Virus record (IMG/VR): IMGVR_UViG_2609459839_000006
Reading direction: 5' to 3' (one strand)
Source: a virus
Lineage: Duplodnaviria; Heunggongvirae; Uroviricota; Caudoviricetes
Length of the DNA stretch: 18,736 nt
Below the pieces are notes generated by a model. The model did no database searches and was not told the DNA's origin. It saw nothing but the letters and a program-made list of their open reading frames with translations. The position numbers and the translations under genes were made by a program. This document shows positions 18,097 through 18,736 of the stretch, piece by piece. Numbering within the stretch: position 1 is the stretch's first letter; every line of letters begins with the position of its first letter.

Positions 18097-18125
18097 TTGA
18101 CCGATATGTTAGTCATGGCTAATCT
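18097..18125 (+). promoter_or_regulatory. candidate sigma-70 promoter of the ydfABC (dicB) operon with overlapping operator-like site
   Basis: TTGACC (18097-18102), 17-nt spacer, TAATCT (18120-18125); spacer contains TGTTAGTCAT, identical to one arm of the 17560-17579 palindrome; related TGTTAGCTA at 18072-18080. Confidence 0.5.
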
Positions 18126-18202
18126 TGTTTGCATCAACACACCGCACGGTGTTCTCAGCAAACAGTTCCGCTACCCCAGCGTTAAGGGGAAATGAGGTCA
18201 GC

Positions 18203-18358
18203 ATGGATACTATCGATCTTGGCAACAACGAATCTCTGGTGTACGGCGTGTTTCCAAACCAGGACGGCACGTTCACCGCAATGACGTATACCAAAAGCAA
18301 AACGTTTAAAACCGAAAATGGTGCCCGTCGCTGGCTGGAAAGAAACTCAGGTGAGTGA
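18203..18358 (+). CDS. ydfA: small prophage protein YdfA
   Basis: ORF track 18125-18358; internal ATG at 18203 (MDTIDLGNNESLVYGVFPNQDGTFTAMTYTKSKTFKTENGARRWLERNSGE, 51 aa) with GAGGT at 18194-18198. Confidence 0.85.
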   Translation: MDTIDLGNNESLVYGVFPNQDGTFTAMTYTKSKTFKTENGARRWLERNSGE

Positions 18359-18359
18359 T

Positions 18360-18488
18360 ATGGATTTCGACACAATCATGGAAAAGGCTTACGAAGAATA
18401 CTTCGAAGGCCTTGCCGAAGGCGAAGAAGCTCTCAGCTTCAGTGAGTTTAAACAGGCGCTTTCCAGTTCGGCAAAATCTAACGGCTGA
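18360..18488 (+). CDS. ydfB: small acidic prophage protein YdfB
   Basis: Not in ORF track; ATG at 18360 gives MDFDTIMEKAYEEYFEGLAEGEEALSFSEFKQALSSSAKSNG (42 aa); TGA at 18486-18488. Confidence 0.8.
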   Translation: MDFDTIMEKAYEEYFEGLAEGEEALSFSEFKQALSSSAKSNG

Positions 18489-18517
18489 TAAGCGAAACAG
18501 CACCGCGAGGAATCAGT

Positions 18518-18736
18518 ATGCAGAAACGAGAACCCGTCATCATCGCGCCAGACTATACCGATGATGAACTTTATGAGTGGATGCGCCAGAAAATTAATGC
18601 AGCGCAGGATCTGAAATGGGCTAATGAAGCCAGGGCTAAGCAGGCTGAAAATCTGTCCGCTCTGGAGCAGGATATCACCAATCTGGAAAAAGCAGCGGCA
18701 TTAAGCATTGCCAGAATGATTACATACCCGCGTTAG
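18518..18736 (+). CDS. ydfC: prophage protein YdfC
   Basis: 72-aa MQKREPVIIAPDYTDDELYEWMRQKINAAQDLKWANEARAKQAENLSALEQDITNLEKAAALSIARMITYPR; GAGG at 18507-18510; TAG at 18734-18736 ends the window. Confidence 0.85.
   Translation: MQKREPVIIAPDYTDDELYEWMRQKINAAQDLKWANEARAKQAENLSALEQDITNLEKAAALSIARMITYPR

Overview
This window reads as most of a defective lambdoid prophage of Escherichia coli, which I recognise from the protein sequences (memory only, no search run) as the K-12 Qin cryptic prophage. Late genes lie on the minus strand. Order from the left: 5'-truncated host transporter ydfJ (putative prophage junction near 1285), ydfK, orphan invertase pinQ, tail-fibre remnants tfaQ/stfQ fused by deletion to an 81-codon terminase large-subunit stub, Nu1-like nohA with a lambda-type cos site, a moron block (ynfO, ydfO, gnsB, ynfN, cspI), the lysis cassette (essQ pinholin, ydfR, rrrQ SAR endolysin, rzpQ with embedded rzoQ), cspB/cspF, late antiterminator quuQ, ydfU, rem, the relB-relE-hokD toxin-antitoxin operon, flxA with a sigma-28 promoter, an IS-like integrase remnant, and the dicC/dicA immunity switch followed by ydfA, ydfB, ydfC. 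No tRNA, rRNA or CRISPR array was seen. Nothing here can confidently be called a new system; the best candidates for follow-up are the IS-like element with a programmed -1 frameshift layout, the ynfO-ydfO pair, the Cys/His-rich ydfU, and an unannotated 37-codon hydrophobic ORF upstream of ydfK. Coordinates were checked by hand against the sequence; gene names are recalled, not searched.
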